Of a stretch of DNA of 64,000 nt, positions 1 to 12,162 are shown one piece after another. The notes beneath the pieces were generated by a model. The model was not told the origin of the DNA. It saw only the letters and a program-made list of their open reading frames with translations, and did no database searches. The number at the start of each line of letters is the position of its first letter. Position 1 is the stretch's first letter. This DNA is from Octopus sinensis (lineage: Eukaryota): contig NC_043012.1 of the NCBI RefSeq assembly GCF_006345805.1, positions 54,374,001 to 54,438,000 of the forward strand, written 5' to 3'. Both the position numbers and the translations under genes were made by a program.

Positions 1-700
1 TTGGTGTGTTATAGTTGTAAGGTTTGTTTTTGAATAAAGTATTTACTTACATGCATACGTACATTATTCAATGATGGGTATGAACTTAAGGAGATGTGTC
101 TGCTATTTCTAGATTAGACGATGACGTAGAGGTTCCCTCGTTGTTTCATATCAATAGTGTGGCATTGACAGCTGCTTGTTTGTTTGGGGGTGGAATTGGA
201 GAGGTGCTGTAACATGGGAAAATGTCCTAAGGGTACCTTCTGCAAGAATACCATACAGTTAAGTGGGAGTCATGTTAATTAATGTAGTGAGCCAAAAGAT
301 GTTTAAACAATTAAATTTATCTCCTGTAATGAAAATAATTTATTAGCAATAATGATTATTCTTGTCAATGAATACAAGGGAGGCAATTATGAAATCCAAA
401 TTGATTCACAATCGAATAGCAGCATTCAGTTGTGAGTGAGTCTCAACTTGGCAGCTGTGGCGACAACTGTGGACATGTTCCGAACTTATTAGACCTCCTC
501 AACAACACCTAGTCTTACTTGTAATTACCAGTTCTTAGAAAGGCTTGCTGTCCCTTGTGGGTTTGAAAAATACAAGGAGAACCCTCTCCTCCCCCACTGC
601 TGTATATTCTTTATTAGAATCTCTTTCTGAAAATATATCTGATTTAGATACTTGATTATTTTCGGCTTTTTTTCTGTATTGTAGATGCTGTTGGGATGAA

Positions 701-732
701 GTGATCCCTAAGTGATCCCTAAGTGATCCCTA
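701..732. repeat. 11-bp tandem repeat gtgatccctaa x3
   Basis: Read directly. Confidence 0.85.
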
Positions 733-1675
733 TTACCAACCACGTTCAAACCTACAACTAATAGATGGAGGACAACGCTAAATCTATCCCTATCTACCAG
801 TTTAAATTCACAAGAAGTAAGTCATTATATAATTATTCAAAAAATTGCTTAAATTCACAAATTCACAATTATCATACAGTCTTTGCGGATAAACATTAGA
901 CACATTTTGGGATTAACTGTAATATCTTTATAGCTAAAGCTGTGGTCTCAGTGGGTTTATAAACTTACTTTAGTGTAAGACACTAAATTTAATGACGAAC
1001 AAGTAACTTAGACAAAACGATTCGTAAAAACTGATAAAATCAAATTTTAAAAAATATCAGAAAAAAATTTTGCTTTTTATTACATTAAAACTGAAACTAA
1101 ATATATTAATAATCCGCATTGATAATCAAAAAATAAGATTTTTAATTTTAATTTGTGACATTTTGTTGTTGTTGTTTTGCTGCTGCTGTTTTTTTTTTGT
1201 TTGTTTGTTTGTTTGTTTTTGTCCACAAATTCATTAATGATATCCTGACAGACAATTTTATACAATTGCTCTGAATCGATATGCATCAATGAAAAAGTAA
1301 TTCAGCTTTTTCATCTTTCATTGTTGGCTTAGATCACTTTTGATAGCGCAGAAAATTTATTTTCCCCCGCTTCAGTTAGATACTAATAAGCATAGATGTT
1401 GTCATCTATATAAGTACAGAGAAATGTATACATTAAGGGAAAAAGCGAAAACGAGGTTTAAGTTCAAAATTAATTCCAATGTCTATACCAACTGCATTCA
1501 CTTTGAACTGAATCACTTCATCTCCAACGCTAGGTTCAGGATCTCAAGGATAGTGGAAAATCATGATCTAGTAGAGTCTATTAAAATTTTTTGTCATTCA
1601 TTTACATATTTTATGTTCAGTTCTGAGAAGCATTCATCTGTCTACTCAAGACGATACATATTTGATCAAAAGCAT

Positions 1676-2082
1676 AGGCGTAGGAGTGGCTGTGTGATAA
1701 GTAGCTTGCTTACGAACCACATGGTTCCGGGTTCAGTCCCACTGCGTGGCACCTTGGGTAAGTGTCTTCTACTATAGCCTCGGGCCGACCAAAGCCTTGT
1801 GAGTGGATTTGGTAGACGGAAACTGAAAGAAGCCCGTCGTATATAAGTATATATATATATATATGTGTGTGTATGTTTGTGTATTGTGTTTATCCCCCCA
1901 ACATCGCTTGACAACCGATGCTGGTGTGTTTACGTCCCCGTGACTTAGCGGTTCGGCAAATGAGACCGATAGAATAAGTACTAGGCTTACAAAGAATAAG
2001 TCCCGGGGCCGACTTGCTCGACTAAAGGTTGTGCTCCAGCATGGCCACAGCCGAATGACTGAAACAAGTAAATGAGTAAAAG
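1676..2082 (+). mobile_element. tRNA-derived SINE family A (CORE-like GGCACCTTGGGCAAGTG domain, internal TA/TG tract), full length
   Basis: AGGCG(C/T)AGGAGTGGCTGTGTG head with A and B boxes and GACTGAAACAAGTAAAAGAG tail. More than 20 full or partial copies in the window. Confidence 0.85.
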
Positions 2083-2084
2083 CA

Positions 2085-2215
2085 GGAAAGCAATGAAATG
2101 AAAGTCCACGTTCAAGTAGCTCAGCGACAATCGACGGTGGCTGGTGACTTTAACGGACATGTTTGCCAACACTATGACAGGGGCTTCCATAGAAGCTATA
2201 GTTGTGCAAGGAATG
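2085..2215 (+). mobile_element. RTE-clade LINE apurinic endonuclease fragment
   Basis: Frame reads TVAGDFNGHVCQHYDRGFHRSYSCARNE, containing the GDFNGH motif. Confidence 0.65.
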
Positions 2216-2224
2216 AAAAAATTT

Positions 2225-2780
2225 TAAGTTTTCTTTGGGACAAAATTTGCAACCATACTTCAAGAAAAATCTGATTGCAGCGATAAATCTTTCCGGAACT
2301 GATCTTGCGCATGCACGTTCTGTCTACTGTTGCTTTGCCACAAACTTTCAACTCGTGCAGTAAACCATAAACGCACAGTCAAGTCGATAGCAGCATCACA
2401 ATGCTCAATGACTGTTCTCTTGTCGTTATATACGTATATATATATATATATAAGTTCGCATTTTTCCGATCCTTGTAGCCACTGAGAATATATGGGTTCC
2501 AGTCCCGATTTTTTCGATGAGAAAATAGCTTACAAATGAAGCAGAATAAGTGTTCAGAGATCGGTGAGTAGCAAAGTAATGTTCTAAATTTTCTCATCAC
2601 TGCTCAAATGAGTCGATGTGAACAGAGTTTTCACAAAATCCTGCTTCTGCCGCCTCTCAACTTGTTCAGGTATAGACTTAATGATGCAATGACGCAATCA
2701 CTATTTTTTGCTTTGATATTCAGAGCTACATTTCTGAACAAAGAACAAGATCACTGCGATAACAATTCCAACTTACTGAT
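2225..2780 (-). pseudogene. Decayed hAT-superfamily transposase fragment (TTF-type zinc finger region, ZMYM1/THAP12-like)
   Basis: Frameshifted segments LCYSPISEHLFCFICKLF...SGYKDRKNA, REQSLS/HCDAAIDL and RSVPERFIAAIRFF match WLxYSxxxxxxFCFxCKLF...GFxDWKN...HExSxxH...RxVLxRIIxxIxFL. Contains stops and a (TA)n insertion. Confidence 0.7.
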
Positions 2781-3099
2781 GAGATTGTTTTCTCTTTTTT
2801 TTTTTTTTTTTTTTTACAAACCGTATCGAATCATCACTCATGTTTTGTTATTCGTGTTTACTTCATTACGTGTTTTTTAACTCAGGTGAACTTTCGTCTG
2901 TAGCAGATGGTGAAAAGTGTTAGTCATTTCTGATGGACACAGCTCTTGAAAAGAGTTGTAAACATCGAAGTTATAGTTGATACACATATCAATACATTAT
3001 CCACCTGTTTCATCCGTTGTTTCTTTTCTTTTGCCTCCTGAGCTCTTGACTGGTGATGATAGACCAATATTTGTTTAGTGCTGAAATACGAACATAAAC

Positions 3100-3171
<72 letters not shown>

Positions 3172-3337
3172 CTTTTCTTTATTGGCCACAAGGGCCGAAT
3201 ACAAAACAAACAATACAAAACTAGGGACATGTGGGGTTTAACGCAAAAATCAAGTAAACAATAAAATAACAAAGACAACCACATTTCCACAGCCAGTGTC
3301 ACACTCAATTGGCTATTACTGGCAAGGACAGGAGACA

Positions 3338-3381
3338 GCTCCGTACATGTTTCGGTAATATTCTGACCTCATCGACGAAGC
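3338..3381 (-). ncRNA. Minimal Penelope-type hammerhead, core mutated (TCGATGA)
   Basis: Minus strand gcttcg-tcgatga-GGTcagaatattACC-GAAA-CATGT-A-cggagc. Palindromic stem III, 6-bp stem I. Confidence 0.65.
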
Positions 3382-3866
3382 AAAGCTGTTATTATACATG
3401 TCATGTGAAAGTAATGATAAACGATTGAGAAAAATGTACAAGATTGCACACTGGTTGAGATAGGAAAACTGTCTAGACATTAAATAAACTCAAAGAGGCA
3501 ATCTGCATAATGGATAATAAATACAAACCACAAATGAGTAGTCCCTCCATCTGTTACAATTAGTAAACAAATATGTTTCAAATTACACTCAAGTATCTTA
3601 AGAAAAGAGGGGACATGTTGAATAACGTAGTGTTGAATAAATAAAAAGGGACGGGTTTATCATAAATAAAAGGTATTTGATCATAAGGTGCTCGCTTAGA
3701 CTTGGCCTGGTGATAAAACATCAGCGATAACAGTTGCTATATTTGATATGTGGATCATATCAAAAAAGCTAAAACGAAGGAAATGTGGCGAGGAAGATTG
3801 AATTAGATCTTACGGTCTTCGAAACAAAGAGATACTTGTGCATTGCATATTGAAGTCCTTGATACT

Positions 3867-3910
3867 ATTCCAGACACATTTTAATCATATTTTGACCTCA
3901 TCAGCGAAGC
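3867..3910 (-). ncRNA. Second, decayed copy of the same minimal hammerhead
   Basis: gcttcg-CTGATGA-ggtcaaaatatgatt-aaaa-tgtgtc-tggaat aligns to 3338-3381 with mostly C>T and G>A changes. Same orientation, 529 bp away. Confidence 0.5.
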
Positions 3911-4204
3911 ATAGCCATTGGTGTAATTACCAAAATGGTGATAAATGAAGCAGTAACATGCACAAAATTACGTGTGTGTGTTATGGTGTGTGTGTGTGTG
4001 TGTGTGTGCGTGTGTGTGTGTGTGTGTGTGTGCGTGCGTGTGTGTTGGTTGGTTGTTTGGTTGACATAAAGATAAAAAAAACAGAATTCTTATTTGTTAA
4101 GAAATTAGATATTTTGCGGGCGCCATCCGCATTTAGAAATATTTCCATTATCGTCTACTGACCGTGACTTATATTGAATATAGGCGAGATTGGAAAAGTG
4201 GATA

Positions 4205-4431
4205 TGAATGTGCGTGTGTGCATATATATATTGTATATTATCTATGTATAGTGAATATAAATATATATATGTATACATACATACATATATATATGCGCGT
4301 GTGTGTATGTGTGTGTGTGTATGTATGTATGTATGTATGTATGTATATATATACATGTGTGTGTGTATATATATATATATTATATATATATATATACATA
4401 CATACATATATCCCTGGCAGTCCCTCTCTCA

Positions 4432-4474
<43 letters not shown>

Positions 4475-4678
4475 ATATATATATAGGGGGGGGGGGATAA
4501 TTCACACAAAAAAAACAAAAAACGAAGACAGGTAGTGAAGACAACAAACATCAAACATATGTATTAGTTTAACGGTCGGGAAGTGAAAAAGTCTTTAATG
4601 TTTCGAGCCTATGCTCTTCCACAGAAAGGAACACAGAATGAAACGAGAGAAAATAACGAATGTCTATATATATATATG

Positions 4679-4713
<35 letters not shown>

Positions 4714-4981
4714 ATCGTATATTATATATGTATGGTATATATGCATGTATATATATATATGATTATTATTGTTATCATTATGACATATATTATATACACA
4801 TATATATATATTTTACATTATATACATATATATATTATATATATTATATATATCATATATATATATACATGGATGTATATATATATACACATGTACGTAT
4901 GTATATATGTGTGCGTGTGCGTACGTGCGTGTGTGTGTGTATGCCTATATAAATACATACATACATACATACATACATACA

Positions 4982-5015
<34 letters not shown>

Positions 5016-5020
5016 CATTC
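4205..5020. repeat. (TA)/(TG)/(ATAC) microsatellite field surrounding a Penelope fragment
   Basis: Read directly. Confidence 0.9.
4478..4660 (-). mobile_element. Penelope-like terminal-repeat fragment with hammerhead-like motif at 4593-4628
   Basis: cttt-CTGTGGA-A-GAGCatagGCTC-GAAA-CAT-T-aaag. Homologous to 18500-18700. Confidence 0.6.
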
Positions 5021-6183
5021 ATACATATAGCGACATTGTCTTTGAAGTGAGTTGAAATAAAATTCAATGAAGCGTGAAGGCGACTCAGTCGTCAGATTAC
5101 CACCACTCACTCTGACCACCATCACAATAAATTCACTCGTCATTAATAAATAACCTGATACAAAAACCTTCAGTGCAATATGCTGTATTGTATGTATGTA
5201 TGTTATGTATGTATGTATGTACGTATGTATGTATGTATGTATGTATGTATGTATGTATGTCTGTATCCGTGTGTAAGTGTATTTTCTTAATTTTTTTTTG
5301 GTTTTTGCTTTTTTTGTTATTCTCATTTATACTTTACAATTTGGACATCAGTCGCCCACTATCAAATTACAACACTTCGTTCTTTATCGAATATTGAAAA
5401 AATATTCTAGTCGTCGTATTAGAGGCGCTTCGCGCGGCACAGATATACGCTAAAAGTTAAAACATGCAATCATACATACATATATTCAGTCTGATATCTG
5501 AAAAAAAAAAAACTAAAGCATAGAAGATATAAGATGTTGTGGGAGTCGGGGGTTGTATTATTGTATAAAAATCCATGATTCAGAAAAAAACAAACACTAC
5601 TTATATTAGTTAATAAAGTGTGTTTGTTATTATTAATCAAATTCAATATCTTCTCATATCAGCCAATTTACCAATCAGTTTCATAGTCGCCTGATAATCG
5701 CTGGGGTTATCTGAACTCCTGTATGAAACCGATTGGTAGAGTGGCTGATCTAACAATATAAAATTGTAGTTTATTAATAATAATAATAATATGCGAAGGT
5801 GGTGATCTAGCAGAATCGTTAGTGAATCGGACAAAAGGCTTGGCAGCATTTCTTCCGGTTATTTACATTCTGAGTTCAAACTCTGCCAAAGTTGACTGCC
5901 TTCGTCCTTTTGGAGTCGATGAAATAAGTGCCATTTGAACTGTGGGTTCGATGTAATTCAGTTACGCGTTCCCCTAAAATTGCTGGCTTTGTGCCGAAAT
6001 TTGAAGCCATTGATAATAAAACTCTCGTTCTATAAATACATGTTTGAGTGCCTGTTCTTTTCTGCTTACTGGATTTTAGGCAACTGTATATATACGCGCA
6101 TATACATATGTATGTGTGCATTATGTATATCGTAATTTCTCCTACATGTTCTCTGTATATCATTACTAGTAATACTTTAGAGT

Positions 6184-6497
6184 GAAGGCGCATGGCTCAG
6201 TGGTTAGAACGTCGAGCTTATGATTGTGAGGTTGTGAGTTCGATTCCTGGACTAGGCTGCGTGTTGTGTTCTTAAGCATGACACTTTATTTTACGATGCT
6301 CCAGTTCACTCAGCTGTAGAAATGAGTTGCGACGTCACTGGTGCCAAGCTGTATCGGCCCCTTTGCCTTTCCCTTGGATAACATCAATGGTGTGGAGAGG
6401 GGAGGCTGGTATGCATGGGCGGTTGCTGGTCTTTTATTAACAACCTTGCCTGGACTTGTACCTCGGAGGGTAAATTTCTAGGTGCAATCCCATTGTC
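6184..6497 (+). mobile_element. tRNA-derived SINE family C
   Basis: GAAGGCGCATGGCTCAGTGGTTAG head with B box GAGTTCGATTCC. Second copy at about 32937-33240. Confidence 0.75.
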
Positions 6498-6580
6498 TCC
6501 CCTCCCAATACTTTATAATATAATTGGTTTTTGTTTAACCACCATAGGGGAAGCAGAAGTACATCTATTTGTACACACCT

Positions 6581-6615
<35 letters not shown>

Positions 6616-6927
6616 GAGAGAGAGTGAGTGTGTGTGTGTATCTCTCTGTTTGTGTGGTTGTGTGTGTGTGACTGCATGTGTGTGTGTGTGTGTGTGTTAT
6701 GGCTACTGTTATGTTTAAAATTTTACCAGGTGATCCTGTTTTTTTTTATATTATGATGTAATCTTTTATGACTGCCTTAAATAAAATTCTACCGAGACGG
6801 ATGTCGTAAATTTTAATCACCGGAAACCATATCCTAACCCATTTAAATCCCAAATAATACCAATATTATAATATTTCTCTGTATTACTTCTGAAAAACAT
6901 TATCGTGGTATAATATAAACAGATTTA

Positions 6928-7165
6928 AGGCGGCGAGCAGGCAGAAACGTTAGCACGCTGGGCGAAATGGCTGAGCGGTATTTCGTCTGCCGTTTCGTTC
7001 TGAGTTCAAATTCCGTCGAGGTCGACTTTGCCTTTCATCCTTTCGGGGTCGGTAAATTAAGTACCAGTTACGCACTGGGGTCGATATAATCGACTTAATC
7101 CCTCTGTCTGTCTGTCCTTGTTTGTCTCCTCTGTGTTTAGCCCCTTGTGGGTAGTAAAGAAATAG
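6928..7165 (+). mobile_element. tRNA-derived SINE family B (AAGGCGGCGAGCTGGCAG head; central GTCGACTTTGCCTTTCATCCTTTCGGGGTCG domain)
   Basis: Copies at about 5800, 14178, 14700, 16560, 29273, 38085, 39183, 45500, 61526 and 62800. The central domain resembles the Meta-SINE domain as I recall it (not verified). Confidence 0.8.
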
Positions 7166-7427
7166 GTATAATATAAACAGACGTTTTCTTTCTTCACATT
7201 TCTCAATCTAATTCTTTATATCTTATACCCCTCATGATAAGTTACATTTGTCTTCATTCCATTTTCCTCCAATAAACTTTTATAATTTTATAATTATTTT
7301 TTTTTTTAAAGTGCATTATGACGTTTTAGCAACATTTCAACGATAATATCTATTCACATGAACTCCGCGTCCTGATAAGTTGTTGTTTACGTTTGAAAAT
7401 TTCAATATACAGTCCTCAAATTAGTTA

Positions 7428-7926
7428 CCGTAAATCCTCGAGTATAGTCCATCCTTGTGTATAATACGCAGGGGATTTTTAGGGGGCTGTACCTCTGAAA
7501 AACCTAAACCTTGTGTATAATACGCACCCCTTCTCTAACTTGAGTCAAGGAGGTCTATATAACATCTTTGGTTTGTAAAAATGTATACTTTATTATCATT
7601 GTATATATAACATAATGCAAACGTGTAGCTTTTTTGTGCATTTTGTTTGCAAAAAATAACGAAATAACAGTAATAATGTTTAATAAATGTTGCTTACTCC
7701 AGTTAGATGGATGTCCTTTTATGACTTCATTGCTTCAGGCTTAGCTTAAGGTATTTTCGCGCCCGACATCACAAAATGCATCTGATAACATTGCCGGATA
7801 GCAAATAGAGACTCGGACATTGCTTAGAAAATAGTTTTAATTTTTACCTCGTATATAGTACGCACTAGGGATTTTGACCTTTAAATTTTGGAAAAAAAAT
7901 GCGGATTTATACACGAGGATTTACGG
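7428..7926. mobile_element. Tc1/mariner (pogo-like) MITE
   Basis: TIRs CCGTAAATCCTCGAGTATA and TATACACGAGGATTTACGG, flanked by TA on both sides. Confidence 0.85.
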
Positions 7927-8610
7927 TACTTCGTAATTCAAAACTGGAAAAAAATATTTTCCCTGAAGATACCCGACAATATATGTTTTTTTTCTTCTTT
8001 TTTTTTACTTCTATAATCGTTTGAATGTTGATGATTCAAACATACTGTCGGAGAGAAACATGTGTGGGATTTTTTTCGGGTATTTTTAGGTTGTTTTGTT
8101 GATCAGGTCTCTTTTATCCTTATTCTTATATGGATCACTTTTACTTTGCATTACTTTTCCATTGTGATACAAATAAAACGAACCAAGTATCTATTATATA
8201 TATACATATATATATATATATACACATATATACATATATATATACATGCTTATATCTATATATATATATATATATATATATATGAATGGAAGAATGAATT
8301 ATCCTTTGTTTACCGTTAACATGGAAACAGTTACCAGGGTAGCAAAATTCACGCAAGTAACAAGCATCTGCGTTCAACTCCATTTATTTATTTATTTATA
8401 TATAAATATATTTATATATACACGTATGTGTGTCTGTGTATACATGATTGTGTAGTAAGAGGTTTGCTTCGCAACCACATGGTCCTAGGTTCAGTTCAAC
8501 TGCGTGACACCTTGCACGTCTGTCTTTAACTATAGCCTCGGGATGACCAAGGCCTTGTGAGTGGATTTGGCAGACGGAAACTGAAAAGAGGTAGTGTATA
8601 TATATATATA

Positions 8611-8991
8611 TACAAGATAAGAAAATGGAGAAATACATCTAAATCAAATATCGATTACCAGATAATACTCAATCACATACTTTATTAAACCACCACATAA
8701 GAGACTGTAGGGTTAAGTATAAAAAGCAGAACGAATCAGTGTACATAAAGAAATGTACATAAAAAAGTGCACATAAAAGAATAATGTTGTATATATATTC
8801 TACTTATTATACAACATTACTCTTTTATATACACTTTTTTATGTAAATTTCTTTTATGTACACTGATTTGTTCTGCTTTTTATACTTAACCCTACAGTCT
8901 CTTATGTGGTGGTTTAATAAAGTATGTGATTGAGTATTATCTGGTAATTGATATTTGATTTAGATGTATTTCTCCATTTTCTTATCTTGTA
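8611..8991. mobile_element. 381-bp near-perfect foldback palindrome (about 183-bp arms)
   Basis: tacaagataagaaaatgg...taatgttgtata is the reverse complement of tatacaacatta...ccattttcttatcttgta, with few mismatches and a ~14-nt spacer. Confidence 0.85.
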
Positions 8992-9214
8992 TTAGTAATT
9001 TGTGGTAAATCATTTTACCTTTGCCCAATAATACAGTAAATGAATTGATTGCATCGCAATCATTAACATTTTTGTATTAACTTTGTTGGGTACTACTTCA
9101 CTAGGCAGTATATTGGATATATGTTATCTCATGGAGGGTTGCATTTACAACCCCTATCTCAATTTGTTATATATATATATATATATATACAAATTGAGAT
9201 ATATATATATATAG

Positions 9215-9255
<41 letters not shown>

Positions 9256-10254
9256 ACATATAACATATACATATATATACATATATATATAACATACATA
9301 CACACGAACATATATATATGTGTATGTCTGTGTGTGTTTGTCCCCCACCACCGCTTGACAAATGATGCTGGTTACTTTACGTCTCTGTAGCTAAGCGGAT
9401 CGACAAAAAGGCACCGATAGAGTAAGTTATAGATTTTCTAAAAAATACTGGTGTGGATTTGTTGAATTAAACCTGCCAAGGTATTGCGCTAGCATGGCCG
9501 CAGTCTAATAACTGAAACAAGAAAAAGATGAAAGATATATGAATCACATATGTGAGTGTGTTTATGTATGTATGCATGTATGTGCATGTATATATACATG
9601 TATTTATACACACAAACACACACACACGCACACACACAAATACACACACAAATACACACACACACACACACACACAAATACACACACACACACAACTGAA
9701 ACACAGCGAAGTAGAGAGAACGAGCGAGCGTGTGTGTGTGAGAGAGAGAGAGTTCAGTTTTGTTTAAGAAATTAAATATTTCACAGACGCCAGCCGCATT
9801 TAGAAATATTTCCTTTATCGCCAACTGACCGTGACTTATATGGAATATAAGCGGGATAGACACGTGAGAGGGAACTTCTATGACAAATCATGTTTCTGCC
9901 AGATCGTGCTTACGCCAGCAGTGCATTAACAGAGAAGTGAAACACAAGGCAATGAAGCGTAATGGCGGCTCCAGTCACTAGAAAACCACACACGCTGACC
10001 ACTTCGCGACAAATTCGCGCGTCATAAATAACTTGTTTCCCTCGTACTTTAGTGCAATGCGTTGTATTATGTGTGCATAAGTAAGTATCTGTGCGTAGGT
10101 GTGGAAAGACGGCGAGTTTTCTCAAACTTCTATATATTGTTCTAGGTTTTTCAGTTTGGACAAGAGTTACCAAGCTGAAATTCTAACACTTTGTGATTTA
10201 TCGAGTACTGAAAGAATATAGCGAGCATAGAGCTGTGTGTTTGCGTGTGTATGT

Positions 10255-10280
10255 GTTTGTGTGTATGTGTGTTTGCGTCT

Positions 10281-10355
<75 letters not shown>

Positions 10356-10456
10356 TGTAAACACACATATATTGATATATCTATCTTTCATATATTGATA
10401 TATCTATCTTTCTATATATATACACATATGCACATATATATATACACACACATATG

Positions 10457-10488
<32 letters not shown>

Positions 10489-10850
10489 CACACACACATT
10501 CATATATATTCATACATACATCCGTTATGCAAACATGAGTGTGTTTATATATACATGTATTTATATATGTATGTATGTATATATATATTATACATATGTA
10601 TATACATACACGCACATTATATGTACTACATAAACATATATAAACACATACACAAATGTGCAATTATATACACACAGAGACATACATAAATGCATATATA
10701 TATATGTATACATATATACATAAATAAATACATACATGTATGTATGCATACATACATACATGCATGCATGCATACATACATACATACATACATACATACA
10801 TACATACATACATACATACATACATACATACATACATGCATACACACACC
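10255..10850. repeat. (ATAG)n, (TA/CA)n and (ATAC)n compound microsatellite
   Basis: Read directly. Confidence 0.95.
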
Positions 10851-10978
10851 TTATATAATTACATGCGTAGACCACTCTACACAGAAATAGACAATAATCA
10901 ATAATCAATCAAAAAACTTGCTTCTGCAAGGTACATACATAGATACTTACATAAATACATATATACATACATGTACAT

Positions 10979-11025
<47 letters not shown>

Positions 11026-11686
11026 GGCAGGCAGGCAGACATTATAATGTGATATATTATTGTACGCCCTGCTGTGGCCAAAGTGTAAACACCAATCTGA
11101 ACAATGAAAATATAATTAGGCTTGTATACACACGCACAAATACACACACACACACACACACACACACATATCCATGCGCACACATATACACATGCACTGT
11201 CTCCTTTATTAAGTCTGTTTCATTCAAGTCAGTTATATTGAATTAAAACCTCATTTCCTCAAAGCGGGTTCCCTGTAGATTGTGTTTGGCAATCTAGATA
11301 TGTGACAGAGAACTCGGACACAGTTTAACCTCTCTGTTGAAGCCAACGAAGGAAGCTCTACATGACCAGTCGAATAAGAATACACCTACCATCTTTAACT
11401 ACTGGAACATGTCTAGATAATGTAGTTCTGAGTTCAGGTCAGGTACGGTTTTATAAACCATTTCAGTGCATCGCTTCATCCAACAATTGTCTGTCAGGAC
11501 ACATGTATACAATTATGTGCTTTACAGCATTAGCGCTTTTTAACTCTTATTTCTAGCAAAGGAGGTGTTCTAACACCCTAGTCGTATTAGTGGCAATTTA
11601 GCGATTAGCTAAATCATCCATAGATCTTTATGGTGAGCACATAGGTACTGACAGGGAAGCAAGTCCGGAAAAAAGCCGGGTCGAGC

Positions 11687-12162
11687 GGTTCCTACTGATA
11701 CTCTTTTTACTCTTTTACTTGTTTCAGTCTTTTGACTGTGGCCATGCTGGAGCACCGCCTTTAGTCAAGCAAGTCGACCCCAGGACTTATTCTTTGTAAG
11801 CCTAGTACTTATTCTATCGTCTCTTTTTACCGAACCGCTAAGTTAAGGGGACGTAAACACACCAGCATCGGTTGACAAGCGATGTTGGGGGACAAACACA
11901 GACACACAAACATATACACACACACACATATATATATATATGCATATATACGACGGGCTTCTTTCAGTTTCCGTCTCCCAAATCCACTCACAAGGCTTTG
12001 GTCGGCCCGGGGCTATAGTAGAAGACACTTGCCCAAAGTGCCACGCAGTGGGACTGAACCCGGAACCATGTAGTTGGTAAGCAAGCTACTTACCACACAG
12101 CCACTCCTGCGCCTGATGAGACTACATAATTAGCCGAAACTGTCCAATCAGTATAGCGAATT
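11687..12162 (+). ncRNA. Type I hammerhead ribozyme interrupted by a SINE
   Basis: Removing the 418-bp insert (11695-12112, duplicated CTGAT) gives ggttccta-CTGATGA-GACTAcataatTAGCC-GAAA-CTGtccaatCAG-TA-tagcgaatt, with all core nucleotides and stems I, II and III. Confidence 0.8.
11700..12112 (-). mobile_element. SINE family A, full length, inserted in the hammerhead core
   Basis: Reverse complement of 1676-2082, flanked by duplicated CTGAT. Confidence 0.85.

Noticed and set aside
701-732. CCCTAA within the 11-bp repeat as interstitial telomeric sequence
   Set aside because: The hexamers are not contiguous. It is a simple local triplication.
2291-2315. ETS-like TTCCGGAA and NRF1-like TGCGCATGCA in a CpG-rich patch (possible promoter)
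   Set aside because: They lie inside the decayed hAT transposase coding sequence, which explains the composition.
2479-2923. Possible plus-strand spliced micro-ORF MKQNKCSEIG-ELSSVADGEKC*
   Set aside because: Only 21 aa, antisense to the transposase relic. Chance splice-like words are expected.
3958-5397. Many YI/CV/HT-rich ORFs here and throughout the window
   Set aside because: Stop-free frames of (TA)n, (TG)n and (ATAC)n microsatellites.
5407-5440. gcgcgaagcgc hairpin plus CTAG as a minus-strand Helitron end
   Set aside because: CTAG is followed by A rather than T on that strand, and no 5' TC end or second copy was found.
6184-6260. tRNA-like sequence with A and B boxes (also at 1676, 26443, 27305, 32937)
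   Set aside because: These are SINE heads: no complete cloverleaf, and each continues into a multi-copy SINE body.
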